In this document: positions 49,973-64,000 of the stretch, piece after piece | Layout of the letters: each line of letters opens with the position of its first letter | Numbering within the stretch: position 1 is the stretch's first letter | Assembly (NCBI GenBank): GCA_951406725.2 | Contig: OX597819.1 | Location: forward strand, 25,296,001 to 25,360,000 | DNA: 64,000 nt | Source: Octopus vulgaris | Lineage: Eukaryota | Reading direction: 5' to 3' | Notes under the pieces: model-generated | What the model was told of the DNA's origin: nothing | Databases searched by the model: none | What the model saw: only the letters and a program-made list of their open reading frames with translations | Program-made: the position numbers and the translations under genes

Positions 49973-51638
49973 GGATGGTATTAAAAAGTTCTCGGACTAG
50001 TTATGTTAAATAACAAATGACTTATTTACCTAAGTTTCAACATTATATTCGAAATAGTCACCTTCCGCTGCAATACACCTGTCCCAGCGTACCTGCTACT
50101 TTTGGAATCCGGTCTGGAAGTCGTTTTCCGTAAGCGACTCGAGGACCTTCTGCGATTCGCTCTTAGTCTCGACAACGGTGACTTTCGAGCTGAATTTTCA
50201 TCTTGGGAAAGAGATGGAAGTCCGCAGGTGCTAAATCTGGCGAAGAGAGCAGGTGCAGAAGCGATACCATGTTGTTTTTGGCGAGAAGCTCACGAGTGAA
50301 GAGAGCTTGGTGACAGCGTGCACTGTCGTGGTGAAGAATCCAATCCATTACGCTTCACAGAATATCCTCCCTCAAGCACTTAAAACACCGCAGTAGAATT
50401 CTTGGTAGACGGTTTGGCATTGGGAGACGAATTCGTGATCCACAATACCGCGGATACTTTACTCTTTACTCTTTCACTCTTTTACTTGTTTTAGTCATTT
50501 GACTGCGGCCATACTGGAGCACCGCCTTTATTCGAACAAATAGACCCCAGGACTTATCCTTTGTTAGTCTAGTACTTATTCTATCGGTATCTTTTGCCGA
50601 ACCGCTAAGTTACGGGGACGTAAACACACCAGCATCAGTTGTCAAGCGATGTTGGGGGGACAAACACACACACATACACATATATATATACAACGGGCTT
50701 CTTTCAGTTTCCGTCAACCAAATCCACTCACAAGACTTTGGTCGGTCTGTGGCTATAGTAGAAGACACTTACCGAAGGTGCCACGCAGTGGGATTGAACC
50801 CGGAAGCATGTAGTTGGTAAGCAAGCTACTTACCACATAACCACCCCTGCACCTATAAATGTTGGCTATAAAATAAAAAACGATGAGCATGCTCTTAATT
50901 GAGCTGCAGCTCTGTCGTATCTGCTTCGGTTGTGATGGCTTCAGCTTCGTCTCAGGGTCGTACCTGTTGACCCAAATCTTGTCAGCAGTCATCCTCAACA
51001 TGAAAGATGAGTCATTAACGGCACGCTGACGGAGATCTTGACAAACTTCGACGCAATGTTATTTATGATCAGTGGTCAGCAGGCGGGGAACAAACTTGGC
51101 AACGACAAGCCGCGTATTCAATTCCGGCGTTAGGATTGCATTTACGGACCTGACAGGCTAACAACAATAGCCATGTTGTTTATTGTCCCATGACGATTCT
51201 CATACACAAACTGATGAATTTTCTCCTCGTTTCCGGGGGTGTCGCTCGTGACAGGTCTTCCAGATAACTCACCGTCTTCTAGGGACGTTCTCCCGCTTTT
51301 GAAGCACTCGTGCCACTCGAAACATTATGTACGACCCATTGCTTCAACGCTGTAAGCTTTTCGAAGCATGCTCAATGCCTCTCTCTAGCAGACCTCCCAA
51401 GTTTAACACAAAATTTCACGTGGGCCTTTTTTGTTTCAACTTCCTGTCCATCACAAAATTGCACTACTACAACATACACAAGGTCACAAAAATACAAATT
51501 TCACAGCTTGCGAAGTAAATACAGCGATGTCACTGGGCACATTGCTTCATGAAGGTCACTCCCATTGCGCACACAACCGTGTGCTGCCATCCGTTGGCGC
51601 GCTACAGAGATAATCCGAGAACTCTTTGATAACACCTC
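49973..51638 (-). mobile_element. mariner DNA transposon, decayed, both TIRs present; SINE A inserted at about 50456-50853
   Basis: TIRs ..aaaaagttctcgga (49982) / tccgagaactctttga (51614). Peptides WILHHDSARCH, SPDLAPADFHLFPKMK, WV..YDPETK. Confidence 0.88.
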
Positions 51639-52155
51639 ATTTATGTAGGATAAAAACCGGGCAGAGAGCCTTATCGAACTGGATCCCTGTACTGTTGTTT
51701 TGTAAACGAGAAAGAATCTATATAGTTACTTAAACTGTCAAAAATAGCAGTGGAATCATTCTCAAATCACACCATAGTGTCCCAAGAACGTACAACACGT
51801 TGGAAAAATAGTGACAGATACACTGAATAAAATATACAAAAAGGCCATCGCTGAAGCGCTTTTGATCATAAGTCTAATCATTCATTGCTGACTTGGGGAC
51901 AGATGTTAATTTGCTTCAATTAAAAATATCACTTGACTACAAAAAGCTGAAATTTGCATTTCAACGAAGGAGAACATCGCAAACCATTTTCGCATTTATC
52001 TTTACCCTCCTTCAAGAGTTCATTTTTAATTGATGACAGATGATCGATAGCTTTTAAAACACTAATGGAAGGTCGAGACTGACAAAAATAATTTAATCAC
52101 TTACCGAAGAACTTGTAGAAATATGTGTAAGAATTAATCTTGCCCCTGTCTCTCT

Positions 52156-52156
<1 letters not shown>

Positions 52157-52224
<68 letters not shown>

Positions 52225-52617
52225 AATATATATACATATTCATATACAAATGCATATATATATATATATACATATATAGATATATTCATATATATATGTA
52301 CATACATTATATATATAATGTATATATATATATATATAAATACACATTATATACATATATGCATATGTACTCACACACACACATATACATACACGTTTAT
52401 TGTACGAAATACAAAATGATCAAGATAGGAGCTGATCTCTAAATACGCATGCGCCCATACATATGCACAAACACGTACGCGTGCACACATACTGAGACAC
52501 ACACACTCACATACACGTACTCTCACACACACATCCGTATATAAGTATATATGAATGAATGTATGTATGATTGTGTAAATCTACCCATTCGTCTATATAA
52601 ACAGCTATCCATAATAC

Positions 52618-52664
<47 letters not shown>

Positions 52665-53240
52665 CACACACACACACACATATATATACATACCAAGCCA
52701 TCCATTCCTGCCTTCCCTTATTGCCTAGCTATTTTTCCTCTCTCTCTCTCTACATTTATATCTGTGTCTTTGTATTTTTAATCACGCATCCACATACATC
52801 CATGCATACATACATACATAAATACATACATACATACATACATACATACATACGTGCATACATACATACATACAAACATATGTTCACTGTCTTGTTTTAC
52901 TTACTCTATCTCACCCTAGTGTTAAGTACCTCCACGTGTCACCGTTCACCCACGCACATATATACATACACATATTATTGAAGGAAAATATTAGATTGCT
53001 TACCACCCCAAAATAGCTGACACTCTTTTTCTTGTCAAATACTTATGAAATTTCCCCAAGGAAATTCACTTATAATATCGTGAATCTCATAATGAATTTT
53101 GGCGATACTAATCAACTGATTTTAATTTTTTCTTTTATATTTCCCGTCCGTCTTCCTACGTTTTTTCTTTCGTTTTTCCTCCTTCTCTTTTTTTCTCATA
53201 TACATATACATATGCATACATACATACATACATACATACA

Positions 53241-53276
<36 letters not shown>

Positions 53277-53580
53277 TATATATGTATGTATATATATATA
53301 TGTATATCTATATATCTATATGTATATATGTATATATATATGTGTATATATATATATATATGTATATAAGAGGAATGGAAGAAAAATTCAAAGAAAAGAT
53401 ATATATGTTTACGTATACACATACATACATACATACATACATACATACATACATACATACATACATACATACATACATACATACATTCATTCATACATAC
53501 ATATATCCATACGTGTGTGTTTGTGCGAATGTGTGAGTGCGTGCGTGTATGCGTGTATATATGTGTGTATGTGTGTGTGT
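52157..53580. repeat. Compound (TA)n/(TACA)n microsatellite field
   Basis: Seen directly in the sequence. Confidence 0.9.
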
Positions 53581-54816
53581 AAATATTAGCTCTAAAAGGT
53601 GGGAAAATATTAAGATAGAGAGGCATTACGTTGATTGTAGAGTGCGTGTCTTTAATAAATACACGTACCAAGGATTCTTGTGAAAAATAGATTCCGTGCC
53701 AAAAATAGTTTTTTATATGCCCAGGAAAAGGAGATTGATGCGAGTAGTTTCGGTTATTATTATTGCTTCATCAGAGAATAATCGGTTACTCTTCTCCCTA
53801 CTGAAAGCAAAAATAGGTTATATTCTATCTACCGTATGTAAAAGTGTATGAATAATTTGTATATAAAATAGCGCTTTAAATGAAATATTCTAACGCTGCA
53901 CTGTTCTTACTACAGTTAGTGACAAATAAAATTTTCCTTGTCAACGATTGCACTTTAATGCGTGCTAGACGATTCAATTTATCTAATTCTGCAAGAGGTT
54001 GTTGTTTAATACAACTAGTTATAAATGATTATTCTCTTTGTGGTCAGAAAGAAGAATAAACGATCGTTAATGAATTTTGGAACTAGCAAGAACAATCTAA
54101 TTTTTCTGGTTATAGTGCAAAAAAATCATGTTTTAACCACAGTGTATATTTTCATAGTGAGGTTCAAAATGGGTTTGCTAAAACCATATATTCGTAATTT
54201 TACCTACTCTCTGTATACATACAAATAATAGATATGCAAGCAAGCACGCACACATATGTATATATGCATGCATATGTATTATACGTAATACATACGCATA
54301 TATTTATATTTGTGTTTGTGCGTGCGTGTATGTATATGTATACAGAAGAACTACTGACAAGATGTAAGGAATATATTTATATGAAAAATATTGTGTATAT
54401 GATCAAAGTAAGTCTTGTCTGTGCAGCTGTTTCAAATGATCAGTGAATAGTTGATATGATAATGAAAATTATGTAGACAGGTATAAAACTTACAAACATA
54501 TAAGCAAAGATAGCATCAACTAGCATGTATCTTGATGGCTGCGTAGCATCTGTGGCAAGTTCATGACATTTTCTTCAGACGACTAACGGCAAATGTATCA
54601 TAATAAGTAGTGTTTATACAAACATTAGGGTTGATAAGTTAGAGATAAGGAAGCAATAGAGAGGTGTAATGAGAGATACAGAAGTAGGTAGAGAAGATGG
54701 AAAAGAAAACGTGAAGAGAAGTGGAGTAAATATTTTAGTAAAGTGAAAGGAATCGTAGCCAGGGGCGTGGTTAGAGATGGAGAGAAGGAAATAAGGTGAC
54801 AATAATGATAGTGGCG

Positions 54817-54874
54817 ATAGATAGATAGACAGATAGATAGACATATAGATAGATAGACAGATAGACAGATAGAC

Positions 54875-54933
<59 letters not shown>

Positions 54934-54980
54934 GAGTTAGATAGATTGATAGAGAGAGCGAGAGAGAGAGAGAGAGAGAG
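54817..54980. repeat. (GATA)n/(GA)n microsatellite
   Basis: Seen directly in the sequence. Confidence 0.95.
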
Positions 54981-55226
54981 AAAAGAAACAAGAGTAAAAG
55001 AATGGGAAGAAAAGAAAAGATAGAAATAATGTGAAGGTCAGTCAGATATTGTAAGATGTCTGCGACCAGCTGCACATAAGATATATAAAACGAAATAATG
55101 AGAAATCTGGGAGTTGATAAAAGGAAATACATCAATCATACTGAATGTGAGGAATGGAAATAAAACTAAATATTTTATCAAAGTGGAGAGATAAGCAGCG
55201 TGAACTTGTAGCAGCTGCGTCTAATA

Positions 55227-56375
55227 TACAAGGTTCGATTGAAAAGTTCATAAGTTGACCAAGATAGTTTTAAGGAATGTGACCAAATTTTTAAACGTAG
55301 TCCCCCTTGCGGTCCTTTTACTTCTCCCATCAGTCTTGCAGTTCTTGGATCGCATTGGTGAAGAAGCTTCCATATTGTTGGTCAAAAATAGTCATCAACA
55401 GTAGATATGATGTCATCATCACTGCAATAATGGTTCCCTGTTAATTGTTGTTATATGTTGGGGAACAGACAGAGGATCGTCAAATGGACCCAAATCAGGA
55501 AAATAGGGACAGTGATCAACCAGTTTAAATCCATAGTCATGCACAGCAGTCATTGAAACCAAGAATTTGTGTGCAAGAGCATTGTACTGATGATAGAAGA
55601 CCCCTTTCGTCAGTTTTCCAGGGTGTTTGATCATGATAGCTCCCTCCTAACTGTCTCAGCAAGGTGGCATGTTACTCTCCATTGAAGGTGTGGCCCCTTT
55701 GAAGATAGTTAATAAACACAATACCTTTTACATAAAAATACTGAGGTCATCACCTTCACTGTAGATGAAACGACATTGGACTTCTTTGAAGCAGGTGAGA
55801 AGGGGTGCTTCCACTGCATGGACTGTCTCTTTGTCTTTGGTTCAAAGGGATGAAGCCAACACCCATCCTGGGTTAGGAAAGATTCAAGGAAACCAGCTGG
55901 ATCTGCCTCAAACAATGTTAGATTCTCTCGTGGTGTTAGAAGCTCTGGCAACGACTGAGTAGAAACTTTCGTCATGCCAGGTTCATTGTGCAGAATATTC
56001 TCAACTCTCTCACAAGATATACTAATTGTATTTACTATTTGATTAATAGTAAATTGCCTGACATCCATCACAATGTGGTGAATAATCAATGTTTTCTTCG
56101 GTGGTGACAGTTGCAGGACCACTAGACCTTGGGTCATCTTCAAGATTCTTTCTTCTCCTCCTAAATTCAGGTGCCTACTGTTGTACTGCCGATAAAGCTG
56201 GAACAGCATTGCCAAATGTAGAAACCACGCCAGCATGAGTGTCATTGGGGACTAAACCCTTTTTCTGCGGGTACTTGAAAGCATCACGATGCCAAATTTT
56301 GTCAATTTTCAAGAGGATTCGTTACTATTTACTTTTGAAATCATCTTCGACCAGTTAGATGACAGTTTACCCGAT

Positions 56376-56442
<67 letters not shown>

Positions 56443-56562
56443 AAACACAGGGAAAAAATGGAGTTATAAATAAGAAGTACTGGAATTAATACATGCAAGA
56501 TTTCACAGCTCTAACATCATTCCTTCATAAACAACCATGTGCTTTTCAGCTTACCTTCACAT
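55227..56562 (-). mobile_element. mariner DNA transposon, decayed
   Basis: Peptides ISCERVENILHNE.GMTKVS, TQDGCWLHPFEPKTKRQSMQWKH, KVM.SVF, HQYNALAH, HCPYFPDLGP.D. TIR-like ends acaaggttcgattgaaaag / cttttcagcttaccttc. Confidence 0.85.
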
Positions 56563-57018
56563 GCTATAAAAAAGAAAAGGCTGTTTAGCTGGAGGTGCAA
56601 TATTAGTTACGAAGACCTATCATGAGAGACATTCTACCCATAACGATTCAGTTTATTTAAAGTTATCTAAGACAACAAGTCATTTCTCTTTATAAGTCAT
56701 CTGGGAGTTAATTTGTAAGAATTTGGCTATCGTAAAATTCTCAAGTTGGCTTCAGTAATTATTGTTTAGCTTTGAGTCGTAATGGAGTAACTACGACAGC
56801 GCTTAGCCGCTAGAGATAGTAACAATTTTGTCCTTACACTAACGTATTAAGGAAAAGAAAGGACACCCTTGTAACACAACCCGGTCCTGCAAGCTAGAAA
56901 GTATCTCATCATCGCCGCCAAAGCAGGTATCATTTTCTACTCCATTTATATATGTTGCCTGGCCACCACTTAATATGCAAAGCAACAAATTTATTACGCT
57001 TATGTGTATATATATATA

Positions 57019-57300
57019 TGGCCCAGTGGTTAAGGCAGCGACTCGCGGTCGCAGGATCGCGGTTTCGATTCCCAGACCGGGCGTTGTGAGTGTTTATTGA
57101 GCGAAAACACCTAAAAGCTCCACATCGCTCCGGCAGGGGGTGGTGATCCCTGCTGTACTCTTTCACCACTCTTTCTTCCACTCTTTCTTCTGTTGGCCTG
57201 CTCACTTAGCCAGCGGGGTGGCGTCATTCGAAGGCTAAAACAATGCGAACGTATTGTGACCAGCGATGTGTAACAACAACAGATGGTCTGGTCGGTCACG
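57019..57300 (+). mobile_element. SINE with family-D head and a different tail
   Basis: Head and body match 29760-29920; the sequence after about 57175 is unrelated to the D tail. Confidence 0.82.
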
Positions 57301-57334
57301 TGATCACGTGATATATATATATATATATATATAT

Positions 57335-57550
57335 GCGCATGGCTCAGTGGTTACAGCATCGGGCTCACAAGTTCTATCCCATGATCTTGAACAAGTCACT
57401 TTATTTCGAGTTGCTCCAGTTCACTCAGCTGTTAATTGAGTTGCTGCTACCCTGGAGCCGAGTTATATAGGTCTTTGCCTTTCCCTGCTCTGTATGGGTG
57501 CCTGCTGGTCTTCCATAAACACCCTTGCACGGACTTGTGCCTTGGAGGTG
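57335..57550 (+). mobile_element. SINE family C, diverged and deleted
   Basis: gcgcatggctcagtggtt..., ttgctccagttcactcagctg, ctggtcttccataaaca. Confidence 0.78.
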
Positions 57551-58010
57551 TAGGAGCGGGATATCTACGTCGGTTACAAGATTGCTGATGCCCAACAAGT
57601 CCGATTCGGGACAAGCAGGTAAGACCGCAGAGGCTACACGAGAAGGTAGACTAATCAGAGCATGTTATAGTCTCCCTGGTTTTCTCTTCTCTGCAAGTGT
57701 GGTCTTGCAGGTGTCTTCGAAGAAGGCTGTTGCTTGGTGAGCATTGAGACACCAGGCTCACGGTCAGTGGCAAGAAATGATCACAGGCGGTATCAATGTG
57801 GCATGCATCGAAGGATTTCTTTGGGAAGTCCTTCTACTTCTTTGGAGCTCCTTTATCACGGTAACCAGAAAAAAGTCCAACAAGCGGCATGATCTTTGGT
57901 AATCGATGAAATTCCATCTTGATGACGTGTGCTTCCAATACACACACGCACACACGCACATAGATATATGTATATATACATACATAGATATACACGTATA
58001 CACATATATA

Positions 58011-59096
58011 TAGGGTTTGGACAAAATAATGGAAACAACTAGCATCATAGCATTATAATTTTAAAATATCTATAAAACCGTCAAAAGCTTGTTTATTTTT
58101 ATGTTTTTTGATTTATTATTAGAGTTACTTAATATGTTTTGCTAAAAGTGCTGTTTCTTTTCAGATATCATCAGAAAAAGGTAATTAAAATTCGTGAAAT
58201 TCGGACTTTCAAAGAGGTCAAATTGTTAGTGCACTTATGGCAGGCGCTAGCATAACGAAAACAGCCAAAATCTTTGGTGTATCAAAAAGTACTGTCTCGA
58301 AAGCAATGACAGCCTTTAAGAAAGAGGGAAAAACCTCCTCGTCGAAACAAAACTCCGGAAGAAAACCAAAACTTTTAGATAGGGACCGTGGGACTCTTAC
58401 GCGAAATGTTAGACAGGATTACAAAAGTACAGCTCCCAAAATTACTGTAGAGCTTAATGAACACCTTGAGAAACCAGCTGCCACAAAAACTGTTCCTCGG
58501 CAACTGCACAAAGCCGAATTTCACGGGAGGACTGCAATCAGAAAATCATTACTTTAAAAAACAAAGGTTGCAAAGCATTTAGAGTGGAGTAAAAACCTGC
58601 GGGATTGGTCTCTAGAGCAGTGGAAGCATTTTATTTTCTCGGACGAGTCATCCTTTATCTTATTTCCGACCACCGGCTGAGCATACGTGAGGAGACAGCC
58701 AAAAGAAGCATTTGATCCAGACTGCCTTCTTCCAACTGTTAAACATGGAAGAGGATCTGTGATGGTTTGGGGTGGGGTTATATCTTGGATATCCGCCGAT
58801 CCAATGTTTTTCCTTCATGGCAGAATTAATAGTCTAGACTATTTAAGCATTTTATCTAATCAAATTCATCCTATGGTTGCGGAACTGTTTCCAGAGGAAA
58901 GAGCAACCTTTCAGGACGATAATGCACCAATTCACACAGCTAAAGTTGTTACTGAATGGCACGAGGAACATTCTAATGAAGTTGAATATCTTATCTGGCC
59001 ACCACAGTCGCCAGATCTCAAAATTATTGAACACTTATAGTGCATTTTAGAAAAACAAGTAAGGATTTGATATCCTACACCATCATTACTACAAGA
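58011..59096 (+). pseudogene. Tc1-family transposon, DD34E transposase with premature stops, truncated by a SINE
   Basis: Left TIR after TA (agggtttggacaaaataatggaaac). Motifs SDFQRGQIV, SGRKPKL, IFSDESSF, PTVKHGRGSVMVWG, FQDDNAPIH, WPPQSPDLKIIEHL. Stops at about 58555, 58678 and 59038. Confidence 0.93.
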
Positions 59097-59330
59097 ACTG
59101 TTTGTATGTCCTTGTTTGTCCCCTCTATGTTTAGCCCCTTGTGGGCAATAAAGAAATAAGAAACGTTAGCACACCTGTCTTCACGTTCTGAGTTCAAATT
59201 CCACCGAGGTCGACTTTGCTTTTCATCCTTTCGGGATCGATAAATTAAGTACCAGTTGTGTACTGGGCTCGATCTAATTGATTGGCCCCCTTCCCCCAAA
59301 TTTCGGGCCTTGTGTCTTGAGTAGAAAAGA
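59097..59330 (+). mobile_element. SINE family B, rearranged
   Basis: Tail segment followed by the body gttctgagttcaaattcc.ccgaggtcgactttgc. Confidence 0.82.
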
Positions 59331-59926
59331 ATACTTCAAATCGCTGTTTTTTCACTATATCAATAACGGCGGATTTCGTCTTAGTATGCAGTTGCCAATG
59401 GATACTTGCTACTGACGAAGCTCAAAGCAGCAGAAATGCCCATTTAGCAAGGTCAGCGCCGCAGCTGGATGATTTTCGTCTGTTACTGATATATTTTTGT
59501 GCTATTTAACACTGTACATGTATAAGAAATTACGATAGATCGCTATATACATAACCCTGCATACACGTGTGCACGCGTGTGTGTACGTACACATACACAT
59601 TCATACATATGTATATATATATATATGTACGCGCTCATGTGTATGTATGCATGTTTGTACACATGTACACATCAGTAGAAAAATCAGCAAGTGAAATATC
59701 GGAGTGTTAAATATCCATATTTTAACCTTGATTTCATTTTTGCTTTCTTCTTTTTGTGCTATATTTTTGCAATGTAAGCGTTATCAGAGACGCGTTCGTA
59801 ATGTCCATAAAATGGCCTGACTTCTCATATTAAATCAATGTTAAATGTCTGTAAATATCTGTAACTGATTCTGACTCTGTGTTATATTTTACTTCCTTTC
59901 TTCAGAATGGTTAAATATCACTACTT

Positions 59927-59928
<2 letters not shown>

Positions 59929-60023
<95 letters not shown>

Positions 60024-60038
60024 CACACACACACACCA

Positions 60039-60096
<58 letters not shown>

Positions 60097-60106
60097 CACG
60101 CTCACT

Positions 60107-60144
<38 letters not shown>

Positions 60145-60152
60145 CACACACA
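59929..60152. repeat. (CA)n microsatellite
   Basis: Seen directly in the sequence. Confidence 0.95.
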
Positions 60153-60285
60153 CGCTCGCGTGCAGACTTATCACTCTCAGTTAAATTATGTTCTCACTGT
60201 GTATACTCCATTGATAATCTACATCTGAAATCAATTTCATGTAAAAATGGAAAAGAAAAAGAAACACACACATACGTATGTATAC

Positions 60286-60323
<38 letters not shown>

Positions 60324-60869
60324 ACTTATAAAAACATAAACACATACACATGTTACATATGCGAATACATTCATAAATAAACAGGCACATCTATACACCC
60401 CACCACACATATATTCACACACATATATAAGCGTATAGCATATAGATGTATGCATATATATATATAATGTTATAATAATGTATAATCTTTACTCTCTTAG
60501 CTGATCGAGTGCTTTTGTGCTTTTCTATTTGTAGAAGCACTACCACATAATTATATATACATAAACATACATACATTCATAAACGTATATGCATGTGCAT
60601 ATCTAGTGAGTAAAATTTAATGTACGTCTGTTACTGTGAAGGTTAGAGGTTCACATAGACTATGTTCAATCAGGCTGCTTCCAGCGTAGTGGTTAAGCTA
60701 CTACTATACTATTATTATTAGTTATGGCAAACGGAACAAATTTTGGATAAATTACGATAAACATAAGTTTATATCATCTGTTCCTACGCATGCTGCATCA
60801 TTATGATTGTTTGGAACTCTGCATTGGATATTTCCAGTGTAATTGGTTGCTAAACTACTCTGGTGAATA

Positions 60870-61040
60870 TAGTTCGGTATTTAAGAGATGGGGAATTATG
60901 TACATTATTTACATTTACATTTGACGGATAGTTGTCCACATCTTTGTTGTTAACACAACGCTTTGGCTGATGTGCTCTCCAGCCTTCGTCGGGTGTGTTG
61001 GGGAAATTTCGAACCTGGGTTCTCATTCCTAAGCTATTTT
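60870..61040 (-). mobile_element. Second copy of the 18310-18460 family, hammerhead core decayed (60953-60996)
   Basis: Minus strand ACAC-CCGACGA-A-GGCTGG..TCAGCC-AAAGC-GTT|GTGT; shared tgggttctcattcctaa. Confidence 0.7.
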
Positions 61041-61139
61041 TCGATGTTTTTTTAAACCACAACTGACCATCAGGGAACTCTTTATTGCATTGCAACGTGC
61101 TGTGATAAAATGTTCCCCTATTTTCAACATATGTATGTG

Positions 61140-61380
61140 CGTGTTTGTGTATTTATGTGTGTGTGTGTGCATCTTTGTGCCTGTGTTTGTCCCTTACCAC
61201 CGCTTGACGACAGGTGTTGGTTTGTTTACGCCAGTGTAAGGTAACAGAAACCAATAGATAAATGCAAAGTCTGACAAATATAATAAATACAAGGTTTGAT
61301 TCGTTCGACGAAAATTCTTCAAGATGGTGCCCCAGTCTGACCGCAGTTAAATGATTTAAACAAGCAAAAGAGAAAAGATG
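61140..61380 (+). mobile_element. SINE family A, 3' half, diverged
   Basis: ctgtgtttgtccc..ccaccgcttgac.., ggtgccccag..ccgcagt.aaatga. Confidence 0.7.
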
Positions 61381-61720
61381 ATGTCCTTTGAAAATTTAAA
61401 GATACTCCATTAATTTTTCAACCATGGAGTATTCGAAACCGTACCTTACTTGCCCAGAACTCTCTGTTTGCTAATGTTACCAGTGCTGGCTTTCGTAAAA
61501 TACCGTTTATAACCGTTTTCATCTGTTGCCTGCTATTGAAAATCACGGATATTATATTGATATATCGTTTTCGATGTTGTAAGCTTCAGTAAGATATCAT
61601 ATTTTCAAATATTATGGCCAATAAATTGCTTTATATTATAATTTTTCTTTATAGTTAATTCTTTGGTGTACGTATCAAAGAATATATACTGTTTATACTT
61701 TACAAGCATGCGCACTCACA

Positions 61721-61787
<67 letters not shown>

Positions 61788-63569
61788 TACATTCATATAT
61801 TCAGATACAGACACACGTGTATATATACTTACGCATATGCACGCACAGACAGAGGTATGTATGTGTATGTATTCCACTTACATGTACTCTTATTCGTACA
61901 TACTCACCTCATATAGGAATACGAATACGTATCTCTGTATGTATGTTTGTATGGATGTATGAATAAATATATATATAATGTATATATGTATATATGGATA
62001 TATGTTTGCGCAATATGCATATATATGCATTCATATATATATATATATATTTACAGAGACATATATTGTAATAAAATAATCGATGACCTTTTGAATAAAT
62101 GATGTATAGATTTTAAGTGCTGTAATCACATGATCACACACATACCTCCTTGACCTTAACCGAATCTTTGCTCATACCAAACATCACCATCTGGGACTTG
62201 TTAACTAATTTCCATTTTCTGAATTACAATTATCTTCTTTCATACCTCTTCCTTCCAATGGAAATAAGACAGTGAAAGGAAAACATTATCAAATTTGTCA
62301 AGAAAGAAAGAAGGAAGAAAGAAAACAAGAAGGAGCTCAATAAGTGGAAGGGAAAGAAAAGCAAAAGAATACGAATAAGATATCTGTGATAAAATTCGTT
62401 GACTTGTATTAATCATTATTTTTTGTTTTAACCACAGATCCGTCCTGATTCATCAGACCTGTGATGTAACTTGTCCTATCCTTGACGGTGGAGTGTTATT
62501 TTTCCCGGATATTTTCCATTAATAACGTAATTTCAATTTAGTGGCAATCTGGTGGAAGGTTTGCGTCAGAATATGCCATTAATTTAATTTATGTTGGAAG
62601 AAAGAAACGATTCGAATGATTGTCTTTCATCAAGAGAAATGCAAGGAAAAAAATAGGCGGCAGTCAGTGGGATCAAACCTGAATCAACTGCTTGGGAAGC
62701 GAACTGCTTAACAACTCAGTCAGTATTTTGAAACGGTCATCTTAATAATAATTTCCCAGAGGCTTCGTAGCGTAGAAAGATGTCCCACATAATCCATTTG
62801 TCGAAATCTTTTTCCTAGTAATTCGCTACAATAGTCGCTTTAATGATATGAGATACTGGCAGCCAACTATAAATCTTCTATGTTGTTGTTCGAACTGCTA
62901 GGAATAACTGTGTTGTCCCACTCAGATCACATACTATCGTCTTGAAATAGAAAGGGCGCATTCATTCGATAATGCGGTCCTAGTTACTTTTAAAAGTAAC
63001 AGAAGGAACAGAATAGATTTAGATGATGGCCTTGCCGTCGAAAACGGGGATCATCATGAATTTCCTGGAGGAATTCTTTTGTCTAGATTCTTGTGGCAGC
63101 ATTAAAACATGCTCGGCTCATACAAGTCAATCCTTAAGAAATCGGGAGAATTTCATAAGTTTCTGTGACACTTTTGCCCAATCTAACACAAATCCTTATT
63201 GTATAGTGTGCTTCCAAATTATCTACACATCCCGACTGCATTCTGCAAACTAGTCAGCTGTGACAAGCAGTGTTGTATGATGGTTGCAGAATAATTATAA
63301 TCACAGCATAAGTAAGTCAAAGTTGACCTGTAATTAAACAATAGGCACACACAAGTAAGATATATTTCTGGAATGTACAATTCGTATCACCAGTGAAATG
63401 TAAACATATCCGAACCAACATATAGCTTTGAGACACAGAATTAAAGAGTTACACAATTATAAAAATTGCCAAGGAATAGGGGTGTAAAATAATATTTTGA
63501 AAATAAATGGAAATATAAGAACATACAAGGTGCATTTCAGAAGTTTTGAGACATTTATTAATTTCCAAA

Positions 63570-63975
63570 AGGCGCAGGGGTGGCTGTGTGGTAAGTAGCT
63601 TGCAACCACATGTTTTCGGGTTGAGTCCCACTGCGTGGCACCTCGGGCAAGTGTCTTCTACTATAGCCTCGGGCCGACCAAAGCCTTGTGAGTGGATTTG
63701 GTAGACGGAAACTGAAAGAAGCCCGTCGTATATATGTACATATATATGTATGTGCGTGTATATGCTTGTGTGTCTGTGTTTGTCCCCCAACATCGCTTGA
63801 CAACCGATGCTGGTGTGTTTACGTCCCAGTAACTTAGTGGTTCGGCAAAAGAAACTGATAGAATAAGTACTAGACTTACAAAAATATATCCTGGTGTCGA
63901 TTTGCTCGACTAAAGGCGGTGCTCCAGCATGGTCGCAGTCAAATGACTGAAACAAGTAAAAGAGTAAGTAAAAGA
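63570..63975 (+). mobile_element. SINE family A, full length
   Basis: tRNA-like head ggcgcagg.gtggctgtgtggtaagtagcttgc, internal TA/TG tract, gagtaa tail. Confidence 0.92.
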
Positions 63976-64000
63976 TTCCGATCTACTTCAAAGTAAGTGC

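Noticed and set aside
58237-59040. Functional Tc1 transposase
   Set aside because: In-frame stops and a missing right end; recorded as a pseudogene.

Overview
AT-rich, repeat-dense eukaryotic DNA. The tRNA-head SINE families and the very high microsatellite load point to a coleoid cephalopod, probably Octopus (inference). Almost every ORF in the supplied track is a simple-repeat or TE artefact. Recognisable content: about 25 SINE copies from 4-5 modular families; three RTE-type LINE 3' fragments; a decayed Penelope-like element (PLE; RT plus GIY-YIG); decayed Tc1, mariner and hAT transposons; a Bel/Pao remnant; two non-autonomous Helitrons; a MITE; a putative solo LTR; and a 2-kb 30-bp minisatellite. 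Two observations stand out. (1) Several unrelated short elements sit in (TA)n/(TACA)n tracts and carry type-I hammerhead ribozyme motifs, often as inverted (foldback) pairs. This suggests a microsatellite-associated, PLE-derived, retrozyme-like system, with a decayed autonomous-type PLE in the same window. (2) A spliced minus-strand host gene missed by the ORF track appears to start at 46548 and to encode the N-terminal part of a PH-like domain. All calls are from reading by eye, and boundaries without TSDs are approximate.
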